Virus record (IMG/VR): IMGVR_UViG_3300050343_000243
Span: 15,463 to 79,462 of that record
DNA: 64,000 nt
From: a virus
Strand: one strand, 5' to 3'
The position numbers were made by a program, and so were the translations under genes. Positions 30,557-38,779 of the stretch are shown piece by piece; position 1 is the stretch's first letter, and the number at the start of each line of letters is the position of its first letter. The notes under the pieces are model-generated. The model did no database searches. It was not told where the DNA came from and saw only the letters and a list, made by a program, of their open reading frames with translations.

Positions 30557-30979
30557 ATGTCTAGACGAACTGACCTACTACAGCAACTTATTAAATCAGA
30601 TAAGTGGGGTGATGAAAAAGATCAGGAGCAGAAGTTTTTAGCTGCAACTGCTGAACTCATCCTCACTGATCTCATTAATATCGCTATCAAAGGTGTTGAA
30701 AGTCAAGGCGCTGGATCTCTGATTATTAATTTGCAGAACGACTCCACGACATTCATGTCAGGTAGCAGCATTGAAAGTGACATCATTGTTGCTGAAGCTG
30801 AAGAAGACACTGATGTACTGGAGTTCTTGCGCAAACTGATTGAAGAAGTTGATGAAAATGATTGGTCACAAAACGTACTCGTAACCTTGATCAGTGATGC
30901 TGGAACAAGAACATTTAGTCTCGAAGCAGGAGGGAGCCAAGAAAGCTTCCGATCGATCGCAGCAGAATTTAGCGGATAA
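30557..30979 (+). CDS. Hypothetical protein
   Basis: 140-aa ORF. Confidence 0.75.
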   Translation: MSRRTDLLQQLIKSDKWGDEKDQEQKFLAATAELILTDLINIAIKGVESQGAGSLIINLQNDSTTFMSGSSIESDIIVAEAEEDTDVLEFLRKLIEEVDENDWSQNVLVTLISDAGTRTFSLEAGGSQESFRSIAAEFSG

Positions 30980-31565
30980 GTTAAAAGAAAAAGGATTAAA
31001 GCTGCCTCTCTATCCAACGCCACAACTCATTGAAAGAGCGCGGCAAGTGATGGGGAGCATTGACTTTGATCCAACATCTGATCCTGTCCAGCAAGTTCTA
31101 GTTGATGCAACATCTGTGCCATCTGTAGAAGTAAACCCACTACAAGAACACTGGCACGGCAATGTTTGGGTTGCTCCTAAAGGGGCAGTACGTAATACAC
31201 GTATCTGGCTTAATAAAACCATTAACGAGTATCGCAACAACTACATCAAAAGCTTCGTATTCTTTACTAGTGCCAGTGAAATTATTCGTGCCACTCCTAT
31301 TATTTGGGACTATCCTGTATGCATTCCTTTCAGGAGAGTTAAACAGCTTCGCGCTACAGCAAATGGCTTCGAACCTGTCTGTCCTTCCACATGGAACGTA
31401 CTGATCTACGGTCCACCCCTAGATGAAGCGATCAGTGACATCGATAAGGTGACACTCTTTTACAACACGTTCAGAGATATCGGACGTGTCATCTTTAACG
31501 AATATGCCGGTGATAACTGGTCCAAAGACCTAGAACATTTTGAAGAGCACAGAGGTGAAGTATGA
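30894..31565 (+). CDS. Phage N6-adenine DNA methyltransferase-like protein, catalytic motif degenerate
   Basis: TP..IERAR.VMG.ID.DP.S and W.GNVW present, but APKG replaces NPPY. Confidence 0.7.
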   Translation: MMLEQEHLVSKQEGAKKASDRSQQNLADKLKEKGLKLPLYPTPQLIERARQVMGSIDFDPTSDPVQQVLVDATSVPSVEVNPLQEHWHGNVWVAPKGAVRNTRIWLNKTINEYRNNYIKSFVFFTSASEIIRATPIIWDYPVCIPFRRVKQLRATANGFEPVCPSTWNVLIYGPPLDEAISDIDKVTLFYNTFRDIGRVIFNEYAGDNWSKDLEHFEEHRGEV

Positions 31566-31975
31566 GTAGGCACATCAACCCCAAGGCTTTCTACAACCTA
31601 CCGTCTGGTGCTCGTGTTCATCCCTGTAGGTTGATCCAAAAAGATGGCACGTTGATGTGGAAGCACGCGCTGCTTTCACAAAACGAACTTATCTGCATTC
31701 CAACTGTGCAGCCACACGAGGCTCACATTATTAAAACTGCTCAACGCATTGAAGAACTGAACTCCTGGGTCTCTCAAGACCTTGACCCATGGGAGTTTCT
31801 TAAGCCAGTGTCTTGGTATAACCCTGAAGTTCCGGGAATGGATCAAGGTATTTCATTGTTCTTTAAACATACGAGCTTGCCTAATAATCAAGTCTATGAC
31901 ATATTAAACAGGCACATAAGTGAGTATGAAACGTTAAAGCAACATCAAGGTCTTCTGTTTTTCCAAAGGTGTTAG
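31562..31975 (+). CDS. Hypothetical protein
   Basis: 137-aa coupled ORF. Confidence 0.7.
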   Translation: MSRHINPKAFYNLPSGARVHPCRLIQKDGTLMWKHALLSQNELICIPTVQPHEAHIIKTAQRIEELNSWVSQDLDPWEFLKPVSWYNPEVPGMDQGISLFFKHTSLPNNQVYDILNRHISEYETLKQHQGLLFFQRC

Positions 31976-31999
31976 TGCCCCCTCCGGGGGCTTGATCCG

Positions 32000-32356
32000 T
32001 CAGCCAGAAATCTTTTCGATCAGTCGATTCAGATACCAACGAGCTTTCTTGGCATCCTCAACAGGATTGTCCTTAAGCCAAATACGCAACATATATTTCA
32101 AGACTTGACCATGAAGCATTGCCAAGCTGCTGCTAGGTGCTGGTTCAATTGCCTCTTCAATGATGTCAATTGCTTCCTGCTTACCAGCTGTGTAATGACT
32201 AGGGCTATTAACCCGGTCCTCTACTCCAAATACAACAGAGTCAGGAGTAGCTAGGTGGAAAGGCGATGCCTTTTTGTACACCTCGTCAATGAATCCATTC
32301 TCGGTATTCCATTTCTCAAACTGCTTATTGGCATTGAAAAAATCTTCGTAATTCAT
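32000..32356 (-). CDS. DUF3310 (T7 gp1.7-like nucleotide kinase family)
   Basis: VNSPSHY..G..EAID.I, KY..R...K...ED.KKA.WYL. Confidence 0.85.
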   Translation of the reverse strand: MNYEDFFNANKQFEKWNTENGFIDEVYKKASPFHLATPDSVVFGVEDRVNSPSHYTAGKQEAIDIIEEAIEPAPSSSLAMLHGQVLKYMLRIWLKDNPVEDAKKARWYLNRLIEKISG

Positions 32357-32414
32357 GTATCCGCATCTATGTGATTCACTTCCTAATATAAGAATGTATA
32401 AGCCATAATGTGAT

Positions 32415-32963
32415 ATGCCAGCCCCAAAAGGTGACCCAACATATATAAAGAACAAAGATAAGTATTTCGTAAGTGTCGCTAAAACTATTGCCACTGCTTC
32501 ATCTCACCCCACTGCACCAGGTGGATGTGTAGTTGTACGTGACCGAGAGATCCTCGGTGACGGACGAAGCATTCTTACCGACAGCAAGATTGAAATTGAC
32601 TGTGTCTCATATGCCATTGCTGCTGCGTGTAAACGTGGCACAGGCATGACGGGTGCTGTTATCTACACCACTCGATACCCATTCTCCGCGTCAATCTTCC
32701 AAGCTCACATCATGGGCATCAGGAAGTTTGTAATCGTGGCACACGAATGGGAGCCGTATTACAAGGATGAATTCCGCAGAGCTGCGCGGCTAGCTCGTGA
32801 ACTGAACATATCTATTGAACCCCATTTTGATGATGAAGACCCAAGATTTGCAGTCAACTCCCGTGCAAGCAGAAAAGTTGACAAGACTCTCTACACCACA
32901 GAGGACCACGCCCCTGACGACTACGACCCAACCACTACTGAAGAAGCAATCCATGAAAACTGA
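32415..32963 (+). CDS. dCMP deaminase-like protein lacking Zn ligands
   Basis: G.VVV..., AI......G....GA.IY.T..P fold pattern; HAE and PCxxC absent. Confidence 0.7.
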   Translation: MPAPKGDPTYIKNKDKYFVSVAKTIATASSHPTAPGGCVVVRDREILGDGRSILTDSKIEIDCVSYAIAAACKRGTGMTGAVIYTTRYPFSASIFQAHIMGIRKFVIVAHEWEPYYKDEFRRAARLARELNISIEPHFDDEDPRFAVNSRASRKVDKTLYTTEDHAPDDYDPTTTEEAIHEN

Positions 32964-33483
32964 ACTGCTGTTTGACATTGAAAGTACTGGACTTCTACGC
33001 AAGGGATCCACTATTCATTGCATCGTGATGCGTGACATGGCTAACGTAGAAGAAGCAGAAGTCTTTGACTACAAGCCAGAACGTGCTGTTATTCAAGGCG
33101 TCAAACTACTAGAAAAAGCTGACACTCTTATCGGACATAACATTGCTGGCTATGACATCCCCTTGCTGCAAGAACAATATCCAGACTTTACGCCAAGAGG
33201 TGAAGTCATTGACACACTTGTTTTGTCTCGCTTGTATTATCCTCACATTGCTGACAGAGATTATGAGCGCAGACCTGCTGGAATGCCTCAACGCCTCTAT
33301 GGCAGGCACAGCCTCGAAGCCTGGGGCTACAGACTGAAGTGCTTCAAAGGAGACTTCGGTAAGAACGAGAGCAATGACTGGTCTACATACACACCAGAGA
33401 TGCTCGACTATTGCATTCAAGATACTCAAGTAACAGTAGCTCTCTATGAGCTACTCAAGCGCCGCATGGCGGACTACTCGTAA
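32953..33483 (+). CDS. Stand-alone 3'-5' exonuclease domain of PolA
   Basis: FDIES, GHNI.GYDIP, HSLEAWG.RL, YC.QD. Confidence 0.93.
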   Translation: MKTELLFDIESTGLLRKGSTIHCIVMRDMANVEEAEVFDYKPERAVIQGVKLLEKADTLIGHNIAGYDIPLLQEQYPDFTPRGEVIDTLVLSRLYYPHIADRDYERRPAGMPQRLYGRHSLEAWGYRLKCFKGDFGKNESNDWSTYTPEMLDYCIQDTQVTVALYELLKRRMADYS

Positions 33484-33500
33484 ACCAATTAATTAATCTA

Positions 33501-33743
33501 ATGACAACTAAAGCACCAAAGAAGACAGATCCTCTTACTCTTGAAGAGGTACAAGCAGCGTCAGATATATTCTTCCCACTGTTCAATGAAGTCCATGCTC
33601 GTATGCCTGCTGGGTCTACGACAGAGGACGCTCTAAAGATCATGGAGGCTGTGGCCAAGCTTGGTCATAAGACTCGTGCTGATGTTGCAGAGAAAAAGCG
33701 CAAAGAAAAATTCGGATTCAACAACCATGACGACAATTCCTGA
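33501..33743 (+). CDS. Small protein between the two polymerase halves
   Basis: 80-aa ORF ending KFGF. Confidence 0.7.
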   Translation: MTTKAPKKTDPLTLEEVQAASDIFFPLFNEVHARMPAGSTTEDALKIMEAVAKLGHKTRADVAEKKRKEKFGFNNHDDNS

Positions 33744-35052
33744 CTATGTAACTCTCGAAATGCGCATGGCAATGCTCATGTCGCAGCAAGAAGCCAGCGG
33801 TTTCCGTTTCGATATGGATGCTGCCATCCGGGTTCGTACCGAACTACAGGATGAGTACGACTCACTAGTCAACGAGATCACTTCTATCTATCTCTACGTT
33901 CCTGGCAAGGTGTTTACACCCAAGCGTGCAGATAAGAAGAAGGGTTATGTGGCTGGCGCACCCATGACTCGCCTCACTGACTTCAATCCAACAAGCAGGC
34001 AGCACATTGCGTGGGCTCTACAGACCTACCGTGGCGCTCGCTTCACCAAGGTGACTGCTACAGGTAAGCCACAGGTAGACGAAGCAACCATCTCCGAGGT
34101 GCGTGACCTTGCTCTTTCACAGGGCAAGGATCAACTGCATCACGAATGCGAGATGTTCATCCGTCTGCTGACATTGCAGAAGTGGCTGGGACAGTTATCA
34201 GAGGGAACCAACTCTTGGTTCAACTCTATTGAGGGTGATAACTGCATCCACCACAGCTGCTCACTGGCAACACAGACGGGTAGAAATGCTCACCGTGGTC
34301 CCAACTTGGGCCAGGTCGTTTCAGCACCTTGGGCACGTGAACTCTTTGTTCCACACCCTGGTCACGTCATGGTCGGCGCTGACCTTGAAGGACTGGAGCT
34401 CCGCTGCCTCGGGCACTACCTAGCCAAGTTCGACCAGGGGGCCTTCGCTGACGTCGTACTGAACGGCGACATTCATCAACAGAATGCTGACCGTGTAAGT
34501 ACCCCAGACGTTCCTGTCTCTCGGAAACTCGTCAAAAATCTAACTTACGGGTTCATCTATGGGGCTGGAGATGTGAAGTTGGGGCACATCATTAAGCCTG
34601 AACTGTCAGACGCACAGAAGAAAACTCTCGGTCAAGAGTTACGTCGCAAGTTCCTAGATGCTATTCCTGGTCTAGAGCCACTGATCGATGCAGTTAAGGA
34701 ACGAGTTCGTATTAACGGCCGCCTCCGTGCTCTTGATGGGCGTCCTATTTTCTGTCGCGCAGAGCATGCCTCACTCAACTATCTTCTGCAATCAGCAGGA
34801 GCCATCCTGTCGAAGCGTTGGGTGGTAGTTGGCCAAGAGATGCTGGACAGCGCTGGCTTGACCTATGACCATGACTACACTCGCTGTGCATACGTACACG
34901 ATGAAGTTCAACTATCAGTCGTTCCAAGCGAAGTCGATCGTGTCAAATCACTACTCGTAGCAGCAGCTCCCGAAGCTGGTAACTACTACAACTTCCGCGT
35001 TCCCATTACTGCATCAGCAGAGCATGGTGAGAATTGGGCAGCAACACACTAA
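33727..35052 (+). CDS. polA: Family A DNA polymerase, polymerase domain (T7-like)
   Basis: ADLEGLELR, KNLTYGFIYG (Tyr at the 762-equivalent site), HDE. Confidence 0.96.
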   Translation: MTTIPDYVTLEMRMAMLMSQQEASGFRFDMDAAIRVRTELQDEYDSLVNEITSIYLYVPGKVFTPKRADKKKGYVAGAPMTRLTDFNPTSRQHIAWALQTYRGARFTKVTATGKPQVDEATISEVRDLALSQGKDQLHHECEMFIRLLTLQKWLGQLSEGTNSWFNSIEGDNCIHHSCSLATQTGRNAHRGPNLGQVVSAPWARELFVPHPGHVMVGADLEGLELRCLGHYLAKFDQGAFADVVLNGDIHQQNADRVSTPDVPVSRKLVKNLTYGFIYGAGDVKLGHIIKPELSDAQKKTLGQELRRKFLDAIPGLEPLIDAVKERVRINGRLRALDGRPIFCRAEHASLNYLLQSAGAILSKRWVVVGQEMLDSAGLTYDHDYTRCAYVHDEVQLSVVPSEVDRVKSLLVAAAPEAGNYYNFRVPITASAEHGENWAATH

Positions 35053-35060
35053 TCAATACT

Positions 35061-35507
35061 ATGCAAACACTCGAAGTAAAAACTGGCTATATCTATTTTC
35101 TCAAGAGCACTCTGCTCGGTGGATACAAAATCGGAATTACAACTGCACCTGCCTCACGGTTTAAAGCACTGGCTGTCGGTACCAAAGCAAAGCTTATTGG
35201 CTACTGGAAGCTCGATGAATACCGTGAGCTAGAGAAGCAGCTACATAAGGAGTATTCAAAGCAGAGAGTCCCACAGAGCGAATGGTTCGACCTTGACTGC
35301 ATCCAAGTCCGTGAAGTGATCGACAAAATTTCCTCTATCTCCGAGCAAGAGTTTCTTATCCCTGAAGTTGCACAGACTTTCGTAGGTCCTCAATACAAGA
35401 TCACCAAGGTTGCACCCTACGAATTGGCTGCATACGCTGGCTGGAATTACTTTGCTGCCACAGCATTACTTACAATAGTAGGATTGATTGTTGGCTTAAG
35501 TCTATGA
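35061..35507 (+). CDS. GIY-YIG / T5orf172-like protein with C-terminal TM helix
   Basis: GYIYF, YKIGIT, E..LH, EWF.L. Confidence 0.8.
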   Translation: MQTLEVKTGYIYFLKSTLLGGYKIGITTAPASRFKALAVGTKAKLIGYWKLDEYRELEKQLHKEYSKQRVPQSEWFDLDCIQVREVIDKISSISEQEFLIPEVAQTFVGPQYKITKVAPYELAAYAGWNYFAATALLTIVGLIVGLSL

Positions 35508-35686
35508 AAGATGGGCCCCATATAACATTTAGCTGCAATGAGAATGCTATACGCACACTCTCATGGGCTGTTGACTACTCCCTTGCTACCTGGAGTGGAC
35601 AAGGGGAGGTAGATCAAGAAATGCTTATAGGGCTTAAGCATCAATTACACGGCTGCATCCTTGAGTTCTTATTTGATAAGGACTAA
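35504..35686 (+). CDS. Hypothetical protein
   Basis: 60-aa coupled ORF. Confidence 0.6.
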   Translation: MKDGPHITFSCNENAIRTLSWAVDYSLATWSGQGEVDQEMLIGLKHQLHGCILEFLFDKD

Positions 35687-35726
35687 ATGTTCGCCGTAAA
35701 CTAGTAGCCATAGCTACAATAAAGAT

Positions 35727-35778
35727 ATCGTTCATCCCTCACATAGGGACGCAAGTAAGACAGAGTCTGAAGGAACGG
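35727..35778 (+). promoter_or_regulatory. glnA-type glutamine riboswitch
   Basis: ATCGTTCA-TCCCT/AGGGA-CGCAAGTA-AGAC/GTCT-GAAGGAACG three-way junction; TACAAT -10 at 35715-35720. Confidence 0.85.
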
Positions 35779-35806
35779 GAAATTTCACCTCATTATGGAG
35801 TTTCCA

Positions 35807-35992
35807 ATGACCCAATTACAAGCACGTGCCATCGAGAATGCACGCCGTGAATTCAGTCGCGCCAAAAAAGAACTGAACATGCATCGCCTCAACGAAACCG
35901 CATACCGTGGTGTTCCCACCATTCGTGAGCGTCAAGAGGCTGCCGAAGTCCACGGTACTTTCGTTTACCGGGGCCGTACATACAGCAAGTAA
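35807..35992 (+). CDS. DUF4278-like YRG-motif small protein
   Basis: AYRGV and VYRGRTY motifs; GGAG SD; directly after the riboswitch. Confidence 0.8.
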   Translation: MTQLQARAIENARREFSRAKKELNMHRLNETAYRGVPTIRERQEAAEVHGTFVYRGRTYSK

Positions 35993-36134
35993 TGCCTGAA
36001 ATTGTATGGAGTATCGTCACCCTAGTAGCTATAGCTATGGGTGGCGCTGTTTACACCGTCTATTGGTTACTTACCTACGACGATCGGAATCCCAACTGAC
36101 TACTGCCCCCGCTTCGCGGGGGTTATTTTTTTGT

Positions 36135-36455
36135 TTATTCGTCTTTCTTAAACATGTCACCCTTGCTAGAAGGAGTGACGTTACTGAATTCTGATTTCTT
36201 ATTCTTGCCGTACTCACGCAGACGCTGCTGCTGAATAGAAATACCACCACGCAACGCTGGATCTGCTCCAGGTCTCTTGTCTGTAGTCCTTGGTGGAGTG
36301 TTCTTGCGGTATGACTGTTGACCTTTGTACGCACGCACGCGAGCTATTGCCATTGCCTGTTTGCCATGGGCACCACTACGGTTAAAATCAGACTTGTCCT
36401 TATCACTTAAGTAACGACGGTCTAGTGGTTTATTTCTTAAGCCTGCAGTTCTCAC
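36135..36455 (-). CDS. Small basic protein (MRTAG...)
   Basis: 106-aa Arg/Lys-rich ORF. Confidence 0.7.
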   Translation of the reverse strand: MRTAGLRNKPLDRRYLSDKDKSDFNRSGAHGKQAMAIARVRAYKGQQSYRKNTPPRTTDKRPGADPALRGGISIQQQRLREYGKNKKSEFSNVTPSSKGDMFKKDE

Positions 36456-36468
36456 ACTATGCCTTCAG

Positions 36469-36890
36469 CTACTTAACCATTGTATCGAAGTAGCCATCTT
36501 TAGGGATAACGTTCCCATCACAGATAAGTTTATCCAAGTAATCTCTATCAGGATCCTTTAGCTCTACATCATTGTCATAGAGCCATTGCCAAGCAGCAAA
36601 GTATTCATCAAGGGTATCTGCACCGCTGGTGCCAAAAGCAATGGTCTTCGCCTCTTTGACGTTCACAGTCCAAGTTGGTTGTTGATCTTACGCACACTGT
36701 CTGCCATTGGCAGCATCATCTTCAGTGTTTGTTGTGACACGTTGCTTGTGTTCTGTGTAATCAGTGAAGTGACTTCATTCCTGTGCACTTCAAGTGCTTT
36801 AGTTCTTTCAGCAGCACAACGCTTATTTGTGAAAGCAGTGAATTTCATGCTAATCAGGACCGCAAGTACTGGCCCGAGTACATATTCCAT
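36469..36890 (-). CDS. Two small ORFs (36469-36666; 36663-36890 with TM helix)
   Basis: Coupled - strand ORFs. Confidence 0.6.
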
Positions 36891-36918
36891 ATCTAATGTT
36901 TAACTAATCGAAGTCTAA

Positions 36919-37251
36919 CTAAATTCCTTCTACAAAGAGACCATCATCATCGAGGTCATCATTCTCATATCCTTCGTCTTCAATAGATGTAGGCATGTCA
37001 TCATCTTGCATCATTAAGAGATCCATAAAAGTCTCTTCGCTAATGATTTCAGGCAGACCCTCTTGCTGTTCATCAATCTTGAACATGATGCCATTAGCCA
37101 TCAGTGTTCTTTGAACGCCGTTCTTCTGTTCCATTCGGGACTTAAGCAGCCGCAAGGCAGTCCTCTCCAACGAGTGGCGGCTCATTTTCGATACTTCGTA
37201 CCTTGCTCTCGTCAGAGCAAACCGTTGCTCGATTGATAATTGCTCCATCAC
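36919..37251 (-). CDS. NblA-like protein with acidic C-terminal extension
   Basis: LSIEQRF....V.KMS matches NblA LSLEQQF....V..MS pattern. Confidence 0.55.
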   Translation of the reverse strand: MMEQLSIEQRFALTRARYEVSKMSRHSLERTALRLLKSRMEQKNGVQRTLMANGIMFKIDEQQEGLPEIISEETFMDLLMMQDDDMPTSIEDEGYENDDLDDDGLFVEGI

Positions 37252-37594
37252 CGATCTCTTCCTCTATAAAACGTTTGTTTGAAATCCATTCTTCGATTAG
37301 TTCTTTTGCAGTCTCGTTATAAAAAGACTGCCTTTGAAACCATACTAGCCAAGGTTCAGTACCTTTAGAGTGATTACACTCTAGGCACGCAGGTAGTAAG
37401 TTACTACGCAAGCTACTTCCACCTTTAGATTTCGGTTTTATGTGGTCCAGTGTAGTGGCGCGGTTACATCTGCAATAGCTACAGAGGCCGCCCCATCCAT
37501 ACTTAATTGACTTTTTAAATCTGCGCTTGGCTACTTGTTTAGATAAACAAGAGAGGTCGAACATTAGGTCCTTCCAGTCTTCAGCAATTCCCAT
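37142..37594 (-). CDS. HNH endonuclease
   Basis: CSYC, TLDHIKPKSKGG, NL.PAC..CN..KG. Confidence 0.9.
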   Translation of the reverse strand: MGIAEDWKDLMFDLSCLSKQVAKRRFKKSIKYGWGGLCSYCRCNRATTLDHIKPKSKGGSSLRSNLLPACLECNHSKGTEPWLVWFQRQSFYNETAKELIEEWISNKRFIEEEIGDGAIINRATVCSDESKVRSIENEPPLVGEDCLAAA

Positions 37595-37663
37595 AGTTGT
37601 TATTAGGCAACTGCTTTTACTTTACTTAACTTCCGTCTCTTGGAGAGTTATGTAGTGTAATTA

Positions 37664-37897
37664 TTAGAACTTTTTGGCAATTAGCTGATCCATCTTATCT
37701 TCAATTCTGATGAGATGGTCACCCATACGTGCCATAGCTTGAGTAAAATCCTGCTTTGACGTATAAGATTCAACAACTTTAAGTTCGAGCTTGTCTATAC
37801 GATTGTCTAGCGTCGTTACGCGTGTATTTACTTTATTAAAAAGCACAGCAGTACCTGTGACAATAGCTATTACAACTGGGATGGCGGTTTCAATCAT
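37664..37897 (-). CDS. TM plus coiled-coil small protein (holin-like)
   Basis: MIETAIPVVIAIV...; coiled coil. Confidence 0.55.
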   Translation of the reverse strand: MIETAIPVVIAIVTGTAVLFNKVNTRVTTLDNRIDKLELKVVESYTSKQDFTQAMARMGDHLIRIEDKMDQLIAKKF

Positions 37898-38137
37898 CTT
37901 TCTGTAGATGCTTATAAGAAGTAGAAATGGACCAGCTGTCTTCGCCAAACGTTCCTGTCTCGTTGGTTTCCCATTGAGTTTGTTCAGGAGGCTGCGCTTG
38001 ATTCCATTCTTCCTCTGCCTGGTCAAGCTTATGTGGAAGGGAGGTGTAAAACTTTTTTGCTTGGATTCCTCGGCGGAGTCGCTCAACGTTTGAACGACTG
38101 TCGTAGCGCCATAACCATTGCCCATCGTCTGGGATGT

Positions 38138-38287
38138 TTAGATCTTTTTTTCAGAGCCGGGCTTAATCGAGTTCAATGCAGAGAGCACAAGCTGTACAAC
38201 ACTGTTGGACTTTAATGGAGTAAGAGCAATAATTTCACTTGCTGCTGCAATAACAATCCAAAAGATTGCGGATTCTAAAATAGCCAT
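38138..38287 (-). CDS. Small membrane protein (49 aa)
   Basis: Read by hand: MAILESAIFWIVIAAASEIIALTPLKSNSVVQLVL... Confidence 0.6.
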   Translation of the reverse strand: MAILESAIFWIVIAAASEIIALTPLKSNSVVQLVLSALNSIKPGSEKKI

Positions 38288-38332
38288 GGTACTTATATGT
38301 AGATGCTTTATATATTTTAGCCAACTACGAAA

Positions 38333-38441
38333 CTACGCTAACTACGCTACTCACTAACCCTTTCAAAATAAATCCCCTGTACTGCATAGAGAACAAGGGA
38401 TTAAAAAGCAGGTATATAGAAAACTACGGTAGTTACCGTAG
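38333..38441. repeat. CTACG inverted element, copy B
   Basis: Same architecture as 9872-9985. Confidence 0.7.
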
Positions 38442-38500
38442 CTTTTGCAGTTTTTCTCGATTGGCTATATGCTTACTAAGCGTAGATGCATATATAGATT

Positions 38501-38779
38501 ATGGAATTCTCAACAGAGCAACAATTGTTTCTGGCGATTCGCAGCCTCGACACAAAGCTCGACAGCGTGCTTCGTCGTCTTAACTCAGAAGAACAAGCAG
38601 AGTGGCTAGACACTAGAGACACTTGCTCGATGCTTGGTTGCACCGACCGTCACCTCCGCAACTTGATGGCAGAGGGCACCATCGCTGGTGACTGCATCCG
38701 TAATGTCGGCACCATCAAACGTGCTCGTTACAAGTTTCACCGCAGCAAGGTTATGAGTCAGTACCTCAAGCGCGTTTGA
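38501..38779 (+). CDS. Excisionase-like HTH protein
   Basis: WLDT...C.MLG.T...L winged-HTH pattern; convergent with integrase. Confidence 0.7.
   Translation: MEFSTEQQLFLAIRSLDTKLDSVLRRLNSEEQAEWLDTRDTCSMLGCTDRHLRNLMAEGTIAGDCIRNVGTIKRARYKFHRSKVMSQYLKRV

Larger units (their letters stand above)
541..31991 (+). repeat. Dispersed 15-bp triloop hairpin family, consensus GCCCCC-TCC-GGGGGC-TTT-N9-TGY, 21 copies
   Basis: Copies start at 541, 710, 919, 1214, 1447, 1705, 2001, 2776, 3692, 3990, 4131, 4330, 4777, 4989, 5266, 7218, 8496, 11178, 15788, 16200, 31977; all intergenic and in the same orientation. Confidence 0.95.
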
